Source of the DNA: Flavobacteriaceae bacterium
GTDB taxonomy: Bacteria; Bacteroidota; Bacteroidia; Flavobacteriales; Flavobacteriaceae
Assembly (NCBI GenBank): GCA_965224465.1
Contig: OZ245049.1
Span: 4,830,001 to 4,862,000 of the forward strand
Reading direction: 5' to 3'
Length of the DNA stretch: 32,000 bases
Of this stretch, positions 1 through 8,288 are shown piece after piece. A program made the translations under genes and the position numbers. How positions within the stretch are numbered: the first letter of the stretch is position 1; each line of letters opens with the position of its first letter. Below the pieces are notes generated by a model that searched no databases, had not been told where the DNA came from, and was given only the letters and a program-made list of their open reading frames with translations.

Positions 1-1
1 G

Positions 2-2218
2 CAGGAACTAGGAATACCTACGGGTGATTTATCTTGGAAAAAAGGACCTTGTCGTTTTTGTGGGGTAGGTTGTGGGATATTGGTAGGCGTAGAAAATGGA
101 AAAGCAGTGGCTGTAAAAGGGGATCCTAATTCTTCTGTAAATAAAGGGTTGCTTTGTGTAAAAGGATACCATCAAGCGATGTGCATTCAGGCAAAAGATA
201 GGTTGGAATATGCCTTAGTAAAAAAGAATGGTAAATATGTAAAAACTTCCTTAAGTGAAGCGTTAGATTTAGTGGCAAGTAAAATGAAATCTACCATTGA
301 AAAATATGGAAAAGATTCGGTAGCGATGTACACCTCTGGTCAGTCGACCATTCCAGAAGGGTATGTAGCTTCTAAATTGATGAAAGGTGCCATTGGAACC
401 AATAACTTAGATTGCAATGCACGTTTGTGTATGGCAAGTGCGGTGACAGGATTTCTAACTACTTTTGGAGCTGATGAGCCGATGGGTTGTTACGAAGATA
501 TAGATCATGCAGATTATTTTATTACATGGGGAAATAATATGGCAGAAATGCATCCCGTGTTGTTCTCTCGTATGTTAGAGCAAAAAAATAATAGAGGTGC
601 TAAAATTATAGATTTTGCTACCAGAACTACGCGTTCCAGTATGGCGTCTAATAAATCAATACTCTTTGAACCTCAGACGGATTTAGCAGTGGCAAATGCT
701 ATTTGTTATGAAATTATCAATAACGGATGGGTCAATAAAAAGTTTGTAGAAGATCATACAAATTTTCTAAAAGGAAAAACAAATATAGGCTACGGTTTAG
801 AAGATCATTTTAGCTTTAAAGACAAAGCAACTAAAATTAGTTTTGAGGATTATAAATTATTTTTAGAAGATTATACTCCAGAAATAGTTTCAAAATACTC
901 AAAAGTTTCCGTAAAAGATATTAAGTATTTAGCAACAATCTACGGAGATCCTAATAAGAAAGTTGTTTCCTACTGGTGTATGGGAATGAATCAACATACA
1001 CGTGGTACTTGGATAAATAATTTGGTGTACAATATTCATTTATTAACAGGGAAGATTTCACAACCGGGGAATGGCCCATTCTCTTTAACGGGACAACCAT
1101 CCGCCTGTGGAACGGCACGTGAAGTAGGAACATTCACTCATAAGTTACCAAAAGGAGTGGTAATGAAAGAAAAACACCGTCGTTTGGCAGCAAAAATTTG
1201 GAAAGTACCTTACGAAAACATTTCACCAAAACCTACGTACCATGCAACCGAGATGTTTAGAGCGGTAGATCGTGGAGATATCAAATTTATTTGGACTCAA
1301 GTTACAAATCCTTTAGTATCCTTACCAAAAACAAGTCGTTACCGACCTGCGATGGAAAAAGATTCTTGCTTTGTGGTAGTTTCGGATGTATTTCCAACTC
1401 CTACTACGGATGTTGCAGATGTAATTCTGCCAGCAAAATGGCATATAGAAAAAGGAGGATTGTTCGGGAATTCTGAGCGAAGAACGCAGTATTGGGAATC
1501 CATGGTGGAAGGTCCAGGAGAAACAGAAGCCGATGCTTGGATGACCATTGAAGTAGCCAGACGAATGGGCTACGGGCATTTATTTCCATACTCAAAAGAA
1601 AATCACGTAGAAGAAATATACAACGAATACCGTCAGTTTCATCAAGGGAAAAAACACGGAATGGCACCATTGGAAGTGTTGAAAAAAGAATCAGGTGTTA
1701 TTTGGCCTTATGTAGATGGTAAATCTACCCAGTGGAGGTTTAATGCAGCATACGATCCTGCATGTGATAATGGAAAAGATTTTCATTTCTATGGAAAACC
1801 AGATGGCAGAGCGGTGATTTGGCAACGTCCTTATGAGCCCGCTCCAGAAGTGCCGGATCAAGAATATCCTTTTTGGTTAAATACAGGGCGTGTAATTGAA
1901 CATTGGCATACAGGATCTATGACGCGTCGTATTCCTGTATTACACAAAGCAATGCCACATTCTTATGTGGAACTGCATCCCGATGATGCTAGGAAAATGG
2001 GAATTAGAAATGGAGAAAAAGTGAAAGTTGTTTCTCGCAGAGGTTCTTGTGTATTGCCAGCTTCTATCAACGAAAGAGGCTTGCCTACCATCGGACAAGT
2101 ATTTGTGCCCTTTTTTGATGAAAATATGCTGATTAACGATGTGACTTTGGATGCTTTTTGTCCAATTTCAAAAGAACCAGACTATAAAAAATGTGCAGTT
2201 AAAATAGAGAAAGTTTAA
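2..2218 (+). CDS. napA: Periplasmic nitrate reductase catalytic subunit NapA (Mo-bisPGD oxidoreductase); 5' end lies outside the window
   Basis: The frame is open from nt 2. Upstream of the tracked TTG the same frame reads QELGIPTGDLSWKKGPCRFCGVGCGILVGVENGK, which is the N-terminal CxxCxxxC 4Fe-4S motif of Nap/Fdh-type enzymes. It is followed by GDPNSSVNKGLLCVKGY. Length exceeds 710 aa and a NapB-like gene lies directly downstream. Confidence 0.9.
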   Translation, partial: QELGIPTGDLSWKKGPCRFCGVGCGILVGVENGKAVAVKGDPNSSVNKGLLCVKGYHQAMCIQAKDRLEYALVKKNGKYVKTSLSEALDLVASKMKSTIEKYGKDSVAMYTSGQSTIPEGYVASKLMKGAIGTNNLDCNARLCMASAVTGFLTTFGADEPMGCYEDIDHADYFITWGNNMAEMHPVLFSRMLEQKNNRGAKIIDFATRTTRSSMASNKSILFEPQTDLAVANAICYEIINNGWVNKKFVEDHTNFLKGKTNIGYGLEDHFSFKDKATKISFEDYKLFLEDYTPEIVSKYSKVSVKDIKYLATIYGDPNKKVVSYWCMGMNQHTRGTWINNLVYNIHLLTGKISQPGNGPFSLTGQPSACGTAREVGTFTHKLPKGVVMKEKHRRLAAKIWKVPYENISPKPTYHATEMFRAVDRGDIKFIWTQVTNPLVSLPKTSRYRPAMEKDSCFVVVSDVFPTPTTDVADVILPAKWHIEKGGLFGNSERRTQYWESMVEGPGETEADAWMTIEVARRMGYGHLFPYSKENHVEEIYNEYRQFHQGKKHGMAPLEVLKKESGVIWPYVDGKSTQWRFNAAYDPACDNGKDFHFYGKPDGRAVIWQRPYEPAPEVPDQEYPFWLNTGRVIEHWHTGSMTRRIPVLHKAMPHSYVELHPDDARKMGIRNGEKVKVVSRRGSCVLPASINERGLPTIGQVFVPFFDENMLINDVTLDAFCPISKEPDYKKCAVKIEKV

Positions 2219-2284
2219 ACAAAGTTATTGGTGCTAAATAAAAGTGGAATTAGTTTAGTAACCCTGATTTTAAAAAAAGAAAAG

Positions 2285-2956
2285 ATGAAGCGATTATTTT
2301 TTATTGGATTATTCACTTTGTTAGTGGTTGCTACCATTTTTGTATGGTCTAAAAGCTATTATACCTCACAAGAAGAGGCTTTTGTAGCGCTACCAATAGA
2401 AGTTGGAAAAGCAATATTAACAGAGGAACTAGGTGTGTTTCAACGATCTGAATTTGCCAATGATTACACAGAAATGAATGTGAATTTTAAAGGAGGAAGG
2501 TCCTTAAAAGAGTACTATAAAAATCGTGCCTTTCATGGTGCACCTCCTATCATTCCGCATCCAATTTCTAAAGATGGAATTATTGGAGATAAAGCCTGCT
2601 TAAAATGCCATGAGAACGGTGGTTATGTAAGTAAATTTAATGCCTTTGCTCCTGTAGTTCCTCACCCAGAAAAAGTAAACTGTAGACAGTGCCATGTCAC
2701 ACAAAATACCAATGGATTGTTTGTTGCCGAGAACGCACTTTTGTATACAAGACCTGCTGTTGGAAATGAGGCCTTTGTTGGAGGTCCTCCTATTATTCCT
2801 CACCAAATACAATTGCACGAAAATTGTTTGGCTTGCCATGCTGGACCAGCAGCTCCTAAGGAAATAAGAGTAAGTCATCCTGAACGATCTAATTGTCGCC
2901 AATGTCACGTGCTTAATAATAAATCAATGCCGGATATTGGTAGTTTTTCACGATAA
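2285..2956 (+). CDS. napB: NapB-like c-type cytochrome, tandem duplication (four CxxCH haem sites)
   Basis: Signal/TM segment after MKRLFFIGLF (internal ATG at 2285 preferred over the 2228 start). Two repeats of the NapB signature: PPIIPH followed by CLKCH...CRQCH, then PPIIPH followed by CLACH...CRQCH. Confidence 0.75.
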   Translation: MKRLFFIGLFTLLVVATIFVWSKSYYTSQEEAFVALPIEVGKAILTEELGVFQRSEFANDYTEMNVNFKGGRSLKEYYKNRAFHGAPPIIPHPISKDGIIGDKACLKCHENGGYVSKFNAFAPVVPHPEKVNCRQCHVTQNTNGLFVAENALLYTRPAVGNEAFVGGPPIIPHQIQLHENCLACHAGPAAPKEIRVSHPERSNCRQCHVLNNKSMPDIGSFSR

Positions 2957-2958
2957 AT

Positions 2959-3594
2959 ATGATACAAATGATACTAAATAATAGCGTAAAAATGTTGGGC
3001 ATTGTCCTTTGTATATCGATGTTTTCGTGCAAAGGAGATCCAGCACATACAACATACCATACTGTTCAAGATAAAATAGAGGCAGAAAGTGTTGCATATA
3101 AAGGTGATTTAAGTTCTGAAATTTACAATGAAACAATCAAAACTATTCTTGTGACAGAAGGTGAATTTGAGTTTTTAATTCCAGAAAGAAAGCATCAAAT
3201 TACTTCTTTTAATTGTACAGAGTGCCATAGCGAACCTTTGAATAGCTTGAAAGAAAAGCAAATAGGGAAAAAAGCCCATTGGAATATTAAATTGATACAT
3301 GCAGATTCCAAAACGATGAATTGTGCTACGTGCCATACAGGAAACGATATGGATAATTTGCACAGTTTAACCAACCAAAAAATAGATTTTAATTATAGCT
3401 ATAAATTGTGTAGTCAATGTCACCAACGCGAGTTTAAAGACTGGAAGGGTGGCGCACATGGAAAGCAATTGGGAGGCTGGGCGCCACCACGACTTTCCAA
3501 TACTTGTGTGAATTGTCACAATCCGCATATACCTGCCTTTGAGAAACGATGGCCTGTAAGATATAATACGCAAAAAGTTGCTGAAAGAAAGTAA
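2959..3594 (+). CDS. Tetra-haem cytochrome c (c3/NrfB-like), probable lipoprotein
   Basis: Four CxxCH motifs (CTECH, CATCH, CSQCH, CVNCH). N-terminal signal with a lipobox-like MFSC. Lies 2 nt after the napB-like stop. Confidence 0.7.
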   Translation: MIQMILNNSVKMLGIVLCISMFSCKGDPAHTTYHTVQDKIEAESVAYKGDLSSEIYNETIKTILVTEGEFEFLIPERKHQITSFNCTECHSEPLNSLKEKQIGKKAHWNIKLIHADSKTMNCATCHTGNDMDNLHSLTNQKIDFNYSYKLCSQCHQREFKDWKGGAHGKQLGGWAPPRLSNTCVNCHNPHIPAFEKRWPVRYNTQKVAERK

Positions 3595-3604
3595 AACAAT
3601 AACA

Positions 3605-4654
3605 ATGAGTGATACGAAAAAAAAATGGTTTTCGCTGAATTTGAATCGTAGTAAATCTAGCGCATCTTGTTCTTGTGAAAAAAACGAAACGAAAGAAAAC
3701 TGTAAGTCAAATGATGGATACAGCCAAGTACTGGATGTAGCGATGAGTAGACGGTCAGCATTTAAAAAATTGACCGCAGGTTTATTAATCGGTGCTGCTG
3801 CCGTGAGTTCGTCTTGTAGTGTGACTAAAAGTGATGAGGGAAAAGAAATGTCTCAGATAGAATGGGACGAATATTTTAAAGGGAATTATAAATTAATGAC
3901 CGATGAAGATAAAAAAAACACCGTCGAAAGGTTGACCCGTTCGTATGAACTGCGTACAGGTAAATACCTAGACTTGTCTTCTAAAGAAGCCAATGAGGAT
4001 GTTTTATTTGGCTATGCATTTAATATTTCCAAATGTCAGGGGTATATGGATTGTGTAAATGCGTGTGTAGAAGAAAATAATCAGGACCGCGCTAGTCAAA
4101 TGCAATATATCCGTATTCATGAAATGAAAGACGGTAAAGGATTTAATTTTGAAGAGGCAGATGATAATTACTATCACGAGGTGCCTGCCAAAGGTCATTT
4201 TTATTTGGGAACTCAATGTTTTCATTGTGACAATCCGCCATGTGTCGAAGTATGTCCCGTACAAGCCACTTGGAAGGAGAAAGATGGGATTGTAGTAATT
4301 GATTATGACTGGTGTGTAGGATGTAGATATTGCATGGCTGCTTGCCCGTATGATGGTCGTCGCTTTAATTGGAAAACACCACAAGTTCCAGAAGCTGAGG
4401 TGAACAAAAAACAACATTATTTAGGAAATAGATTGCGCAAAAAAGGGGTGATGGAAAAATGTACTTTCTGTATCCAACGGACTCGAGAAGGGCAAAATCC
4501 TGCATGTGTTGAAGCGTGTCCAACCGGGGCGAGAACTTTTGGAAACTTGCTAGATCCTAAGAGCAATATTCGATGGATTTTAGAACATAAAAAAGTGTTT
4601 AGGCTAAAAGAAGATTTGGGAACAGAACCTAAATTTTGGTATTATATGGATTGA
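3605..4654 (+). CDS. Tat-exported 4Fe-4S dicluster protein (NrfC/DmsB/PsrB-like electron-transfer subunit)
   Basis: Twin-arginine signal MSRRSAFKKLTAGLLIGAAAV; an alternative start at ATG 3743 would place it at the N-terminus. Several Cys clusters, for example CQGYMDCVNAC, CFHCDNPPCVEVCP, CVGCRYCMAACP and CTFCIQR...CVEACP. Confidence 0.8.
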   Translation: MSDTKKKWFSLNLNRSKSSASCSCEKNETKENCKSNDGYSQVLDVAMSRRSAFKKLTAGLLIGAAAVSSSCSVTKSDEGKEMSQIEWDEYFKGNYKLMTDEDKKNTVERLTRSYELRTGKYLDLSSKEANEDVLFGYAFNISKCQGYMDCVNACVEENNQDRASQMQYIRIHEMKDGKGFNFEEADDNYYHEVPAKGHFYLGTQCFHCDNPPCVEVCPVQATWKEKDGIVVIDYDWCVGCRYCMAACPYDGRRFNWKTPQVPEAEVNKKQHYLGNRLRKKGVMEKCTFCIQRTREGQNPACVEACPTGARTFGNLLDPKSNIRWILEHKKVFRLKEDLGTEPKFWYYMD

Positions 4655-4915
4655 TCGCTGTTAGGTTTTTTTCGATGCTCGTATTAAAAGGATCGCTTTT
4701 TTGTTTTAAACGGCTCTTATGTAGGGATCAAAGGAATGGAATAATTAGAAATAAAGACTGGTTTTTAAAACAGTTAAAATGAATAGTAATATTTGCGTGA
4801 AGGGATTGTAAGGTAGTCCAAAGAGTGTTGTTTGTAATCAAAAGCAAATGCGAACCGGAAACCATTTCCTTCTTTTTTTGATAGATAAAAAAGAACACGC
4901 CCAAATAAGTATAAA

Positions 4916-6136
4916 ATGAGAATATTAAAAGTTTTTGGTAGTTTAGTAAAAGACGGTTTTGTTGAGGTAACTCATGGAGATAGGAACTATCATATTTGGA
5001 TGGCAGTACTTACTTTTTTAATGCTTTTTGGAATGTATAATTACTCCATTCAGTTAGAAGAAGGATTAAGTGCTACAGGTATGACGGACAGAGTGAGCTG
5101 GGGCTTGTATATCTCTAATTTTACTTTTTTAGTAGGAGTGGCTGCTGCAGCTGTAATGTTGGTAATGCCTACATATGTACTAAAAGATGTAGATTTTAAA
5201 CAAGCTGTCTTAATAGGGGAGGGCTTGGCGGTAGCAGCTTTATGTATGTGTTTGGCCTTTGTAGTTGCCGACATGGGTGGACCTGCAAGATTGTGGCATA
5301 TGTTGCCAGGAATAGGCGTGTTTAATTTCCCGAATTCTATGTTGACATGGGATGTATTGGTGTTAAATGGTTATTTGTTAATTAATATTACGGTGCCATT
5401 GTACATATTGATAATGCGTTACCAAGGAAAAGTACCGAATCCAAAAGTGTATATCCCAGGGGTGTTTTTATCTGTATTTTGGGCTGTAGGAATTCACATG
5501 GTAACAGCGTTTTTATACCAAGGATTACAAGCCCGTCCATTTTGGAATAATGCCTTGTTAGGGCCTCGTTTTTTGGCTTCTGCTTTTGCAGCTGGTCCCG
5601 CATTAATTATTTTGGTATTGGCAATTATTAGAAAGTTTACCGATTTTAAAATAGAAGATAAAACGATAAAAAAAATCAGTTTAATTGTAACTGTTGCAGC
5701 TCAGATTAACTTAATAATGTTGGTGTCTGAATTGTTTAAAGAGTTTTATGCGCCTACACATCATAGTATTAGTGCTGTGTATTTGTTTTTTGGGATAGGT
5801 GATAAAACAGCTTTGTTGCCGTGGATATGGACTTCCATTAGTTTGAATGTAGTGGCTACTATTGCCTTGACATTTAATAAAATACGTACTAATTTTAAGT
5901 TGTTGTATGTTATCTGTGTAATGCTGTTTGTTGCTATTTGGATCGAAAAAGGTTTTGGCTTAATTGTACCTGGATTTATTCCTGGACCATGGGGTAAAAT
6001 AGCAGAATATACTCCTAGTATGGTGGAGATTTTTGTAACATTAGGAATTTGGGCTATGGGGGCTTTTATATTTACAGTATTGGCAAAAACAGGAATTGCT
6101 GTAGAATTAGATCGCTTAAAATATAAGGGGAAATAA
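4916..6136 (+). CDS. NrfD/PsrC-like polytopic membrane quinol-interacting subunit
   Basis: 406 aa, highly hydrophobic with about 8-10 predicted TM stretches. Sits after the FeS subunit, as in NrfCD/PsrBC/ActBC modules. Confidence 0.7.
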   Translation: MRILKVFGSLVKDGFVEVTHGDRNYHIWMAVLTFLMLFGMYNYSIQLEEGLSATGMTDRVSWGLYISNFTFLVGVAAAAVMLVMPTYVLKDVDFKQAVLIGEGLAVAALCMCLAFVVADMGGPARLWHMLPGIGVFNFPNSMLTWDVLVLNGYLLINITVPLYILIMRYQGKVPNPKVYIPGVFLSVFWAVGIHMVTAFLYQGLQARPFWNNALLGPRFLASAFAAGPALIILVLAIIRKFTDFKIEDKTIKKISLIVTVAAQINLIMLVSELFKEFYAPTHHSISAVYLFFGIGDKTALLPWIWTSISLNVVATIALTFNKIRTNFKLLYVICVMLFVAIWIEKGFGLIVPGFIPGPWGKIAEYTPSMVEIFVTLGIWAMGAFIFTVLAKTGIAVELDRLKYKGK

Positions 6137-6229
6137 GTGTTTTTTTAACTTTAAAAATAGACTTCAATAATATTTACATTCGTTATTTGTGTTGATTTAA
6201 AGATGCTTACGGAATGTGAGTGCTTTGAA

Positions 6230-6346
6230 TTGCTTGAAAATTTATAAAAGTTGAATACTTTTTTTAAAAAAACAACACATACCCCGAAACTATGATAGAC
6301 ATAACGGAAATAATGTCAAGTTTAGGGAGTTTATTGATGATATATG
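6230..6346 (+). repeat. Island repeat family A, copy 1 (contains the ACGGAAATAATGTCAAGTTT core)
   Basis: By eye it aligns along about 115 nt with 12690-12806 (ttgcttgaaaattta...gtcaagttt.g.gagtttattgatgatata). Its core is shared with 14500-14540 and 16513-16553. Confidence 0.8.
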
Positions 6347-6458
6347 GGGGTTGGGTTTCATTAGATAAGCTCATCTAAATTTTAATACATTTCAAAAGGA
6401 AATAGATAATAGCTGAAATTTTTCTAACACACCTTGATAGAAAATGGAGTTGAATTGC

Positions 6459-6466
6459 TACATTTG
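6459..6466 (+). promoter_or_regulatory. Possible Bacteroidota -7 promoter box (TACATTTG = TAnnTTTG) for the 6485-9314 operon
   Basis: Matches the TAnnTTTG consensus 19 nt upstream of ATG 6485. No clean -33 TTTG was seen. Confidence 0.25.
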
Positions 6467-6484
6467 TGAAAATCATATAGAAAA

Positions 6485-7360
6485 ATGACATTAAAAGAAA
6501 GAAATATCAATAATAAAATGAGAAGTTATTCTTCGATATTTTCTAGCACTTCTTTTTCTAAATTATTAAAAGAAGATGATTTTTCATTTATTAACTCTAA
6601 AATATCCCGTTATGATATCCCCAAAATAGGTGTGAAAATTCATACTTACACAGATTATATCAAATACACATATAATGAATTAAGGAAACAATACCGTAAT
6701 GAATATATTTATAAAAACACATTTATTAACGAAATATTAATCAATGATTATGGTGTAAAAGATACTATTGTTATCAATGAATTTCGTGTAGGTAATTCTA
6801 TTGCAGACCTTGTTATGTTTAATGGAACAAGTAAAGCCTTTGAAATTAAAACTGAACTCGACACAGATAAACGCCTAAGTGGTCAGTTACTAGATTATAA
6901 AAAAGCATTTAAAGAATGTTATATTGTTACTCACGAATCGCTTACTGCTAAATATTTAAAAGAAGATAACTCTATCGGTATTATTGAATTAATTGAAACC
7001 CCAAGAGGATTGAAAATGCAAGAAGTAAGACCCGCAATAGAGAATGAAGAAGTGGATTCTGAAACGATAATGCGTTGCCTTAGAACCAACGAGTACAAAA
7101 GTATTGTAAAGAAACACTACAATGAATTACCTGAAATGACTAGTTTTAATATGTTTAATATTTGTAAAGAATTATTGTTTCAAATTCCTAATGACATTCT
7201 CAATCTATTATTTATTGGGCAGTTAAAATTAAGAAAATCCAATACATCTAAAATAAATACACACCTTAAAGAATTGAGACAAATAGGTATTGCTTTAAAT
7301 TTAGATGCTAAACTATCTGGGCAATTAATTAATAAACTCAATACAACTATTAAATTATAA
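6485..7360 (+). CDS. sce7726-family-like protein with a PD-(D/E)xK nuclease-type motif
   Basis: YRNEYIYKNTFINEIL...INEFRVGNSIADLVMFNGTSKAFEIKTELD gives an E...D...ExK arrangement. The overall pattern matches my recollection of the sce7726 family, which normally pairs with sce7725. The next ORF begins 4 nt later. Confidence 0.65.
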   Translation: MTLKERNINNKMRSYSSIFSSTSFSKLLKEDDFSFINSKISRYDIPKIGVKIHTYTDYIKYTYNELRKQYRNEYIYKNTFINEILINDYGVKDTIVINEFRVGNSIADLVMFNGTSKAFEIKTELDTDKRLSGQLLDYKKAFKECYIVTHESLTAKYLKEDNSIGIIELIETPRGLKMQEVRPAIENEEVDSETIMRCLRTNEYKSIVKKHYNELPEMTSFNMFNICKELLFQIPNDILNLLFIGQLKLRKSNTSKINTHLKELRQIGIALNLDAKLSGQLINKLNTTIKL

Positions 7361-7364
7361 TATT

Positions 7365-8285
7365 ATGTATTATCCATATCTTAGAGGACGACAATTTGAG
7401 TTAATTGCTTTACGAGAGTACGCTTTAATCAGAGGTGAAAATAATAATGTTATACCTATAATAGAGCCTGTTAAAAAAACGTTTAACAGTTTAAAATTGG
7501 CTATTCCCAAATTTATAGAAGGGAATATGAGATTTGCATTGATACTAAACCCGCAGGTTGGAGAAATTAAAAATTTTAAAACTATTGTTACTGAATTACA
7601 AGAGCAATTAGCAGATAAATCTAAATGGATTCCTGCATTTATTGTTACAACCAATATTGATTTAATAAATAAAGAAATTGAGAGCAATAATTATACTGAA
7701 GTTATGATTATTTGTTCGGATAGAGCTGATACAACGAGTGCTGGTTTTTTAGAATTTATATCTGATAAAAGAATAAAATATGTTGTTTCTAAAGAGAACA
7801 GAACTTTAAAAAGAAAATTAAAAGGAAAAGATGTTATTAGGCTAGATGATAGTTTTAACTCACAAAAAAGGAATAAAGATTTTTTATCCATAAGTGAAGA
7901 AAAGTTTACGGAAGAGCATTTGTTTTATAAAGATGATAATTATGCGGGTTTTTCGGACTATACTGCTCTTATCAGTGATTTTATAGAGGGAGGTGGAGCA
8001 CCATATGCTGTTGCCATTCACTTGACCTATCAAAAGGATAGTGAAGATATTTGGATTCGTCATTTTACATCTATTAGCAATGATGATATTGCAAATATTC
8101 AAGGAAAGTTTGCAGAGGCTGTAAGAAAAGCAGTTAATTTTATTGATACAGAGTCATTAGATACGGAAGCAACAAAAGAATTGAAAAATTATTATGTTGA
8201 AGAGAAGTATCCTGGGCTTGGAATGGTAAAAAAAATTTCAATTAAAAACCACTTAGAATTAATCAACAAAGTAATTTCAAAATAG
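7365..8285 (+). CDS. sce7725 / Beta-protein family member (phage P4 beta-like)
   Basis: The N-terminus MYYPYLRGRQFELIALRE...VIPIIEPV is the characteristic start of the Pfam Beta_protein / sce7725 family. Tightly spaced between both neighbours. Confidence 0.65.
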   Translation: MYYPYLRGRQFELIALREYALIRGENNNVIPIIEPVKKTFNSLKLAIPKFIEGNMRFALILNPQVGEIKNFKTIVTELQEQLADKSKWIPAFIVTTNIDLINKEIESNNYTEVMIICSDRADTTSAGFLEFISDKRIKYVVSKENRTLKRKLKGKDVIRLDDSFNSQKRNKDFLSISEEKFTEEHLFYKDDNYAGFSDYTALISDFIEGGGAPYAVAIHLTYQKDSEDIWIRHFTSISNDDIANIQGKFAEAVRKAVNFIDTESLDTEATKELKNYYVEEKYPGLGMVKKISIKNHLELINKVISK

Positions 8286-8288
8286 TAT

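Noticed and set aside
951-1670. Several 60-88-aa ORFs inside or antisense to napA
   Set aside because: They are fully embedded in a strongly supported long CDS, have no motifs, and have composition typical of out-of-frame or antisense readthrough.
2228-2284. Longer N-terminus for the NapB-like gene (start at 2228)
   Set aside because: The extension MVLNKSGISLVTLILKKEK precedes a canonical signal/anchor that begins at the internal ATG 2285. The shorter form is more plausible, though this is not proven.
4655-4915. Moco riboswitch upstream of the NrfD-like gene
   Set aside because: I could not recognise the conserved Moco-motif helices or loops. The position, inside the operon and before a membrane subunit, is atypical.
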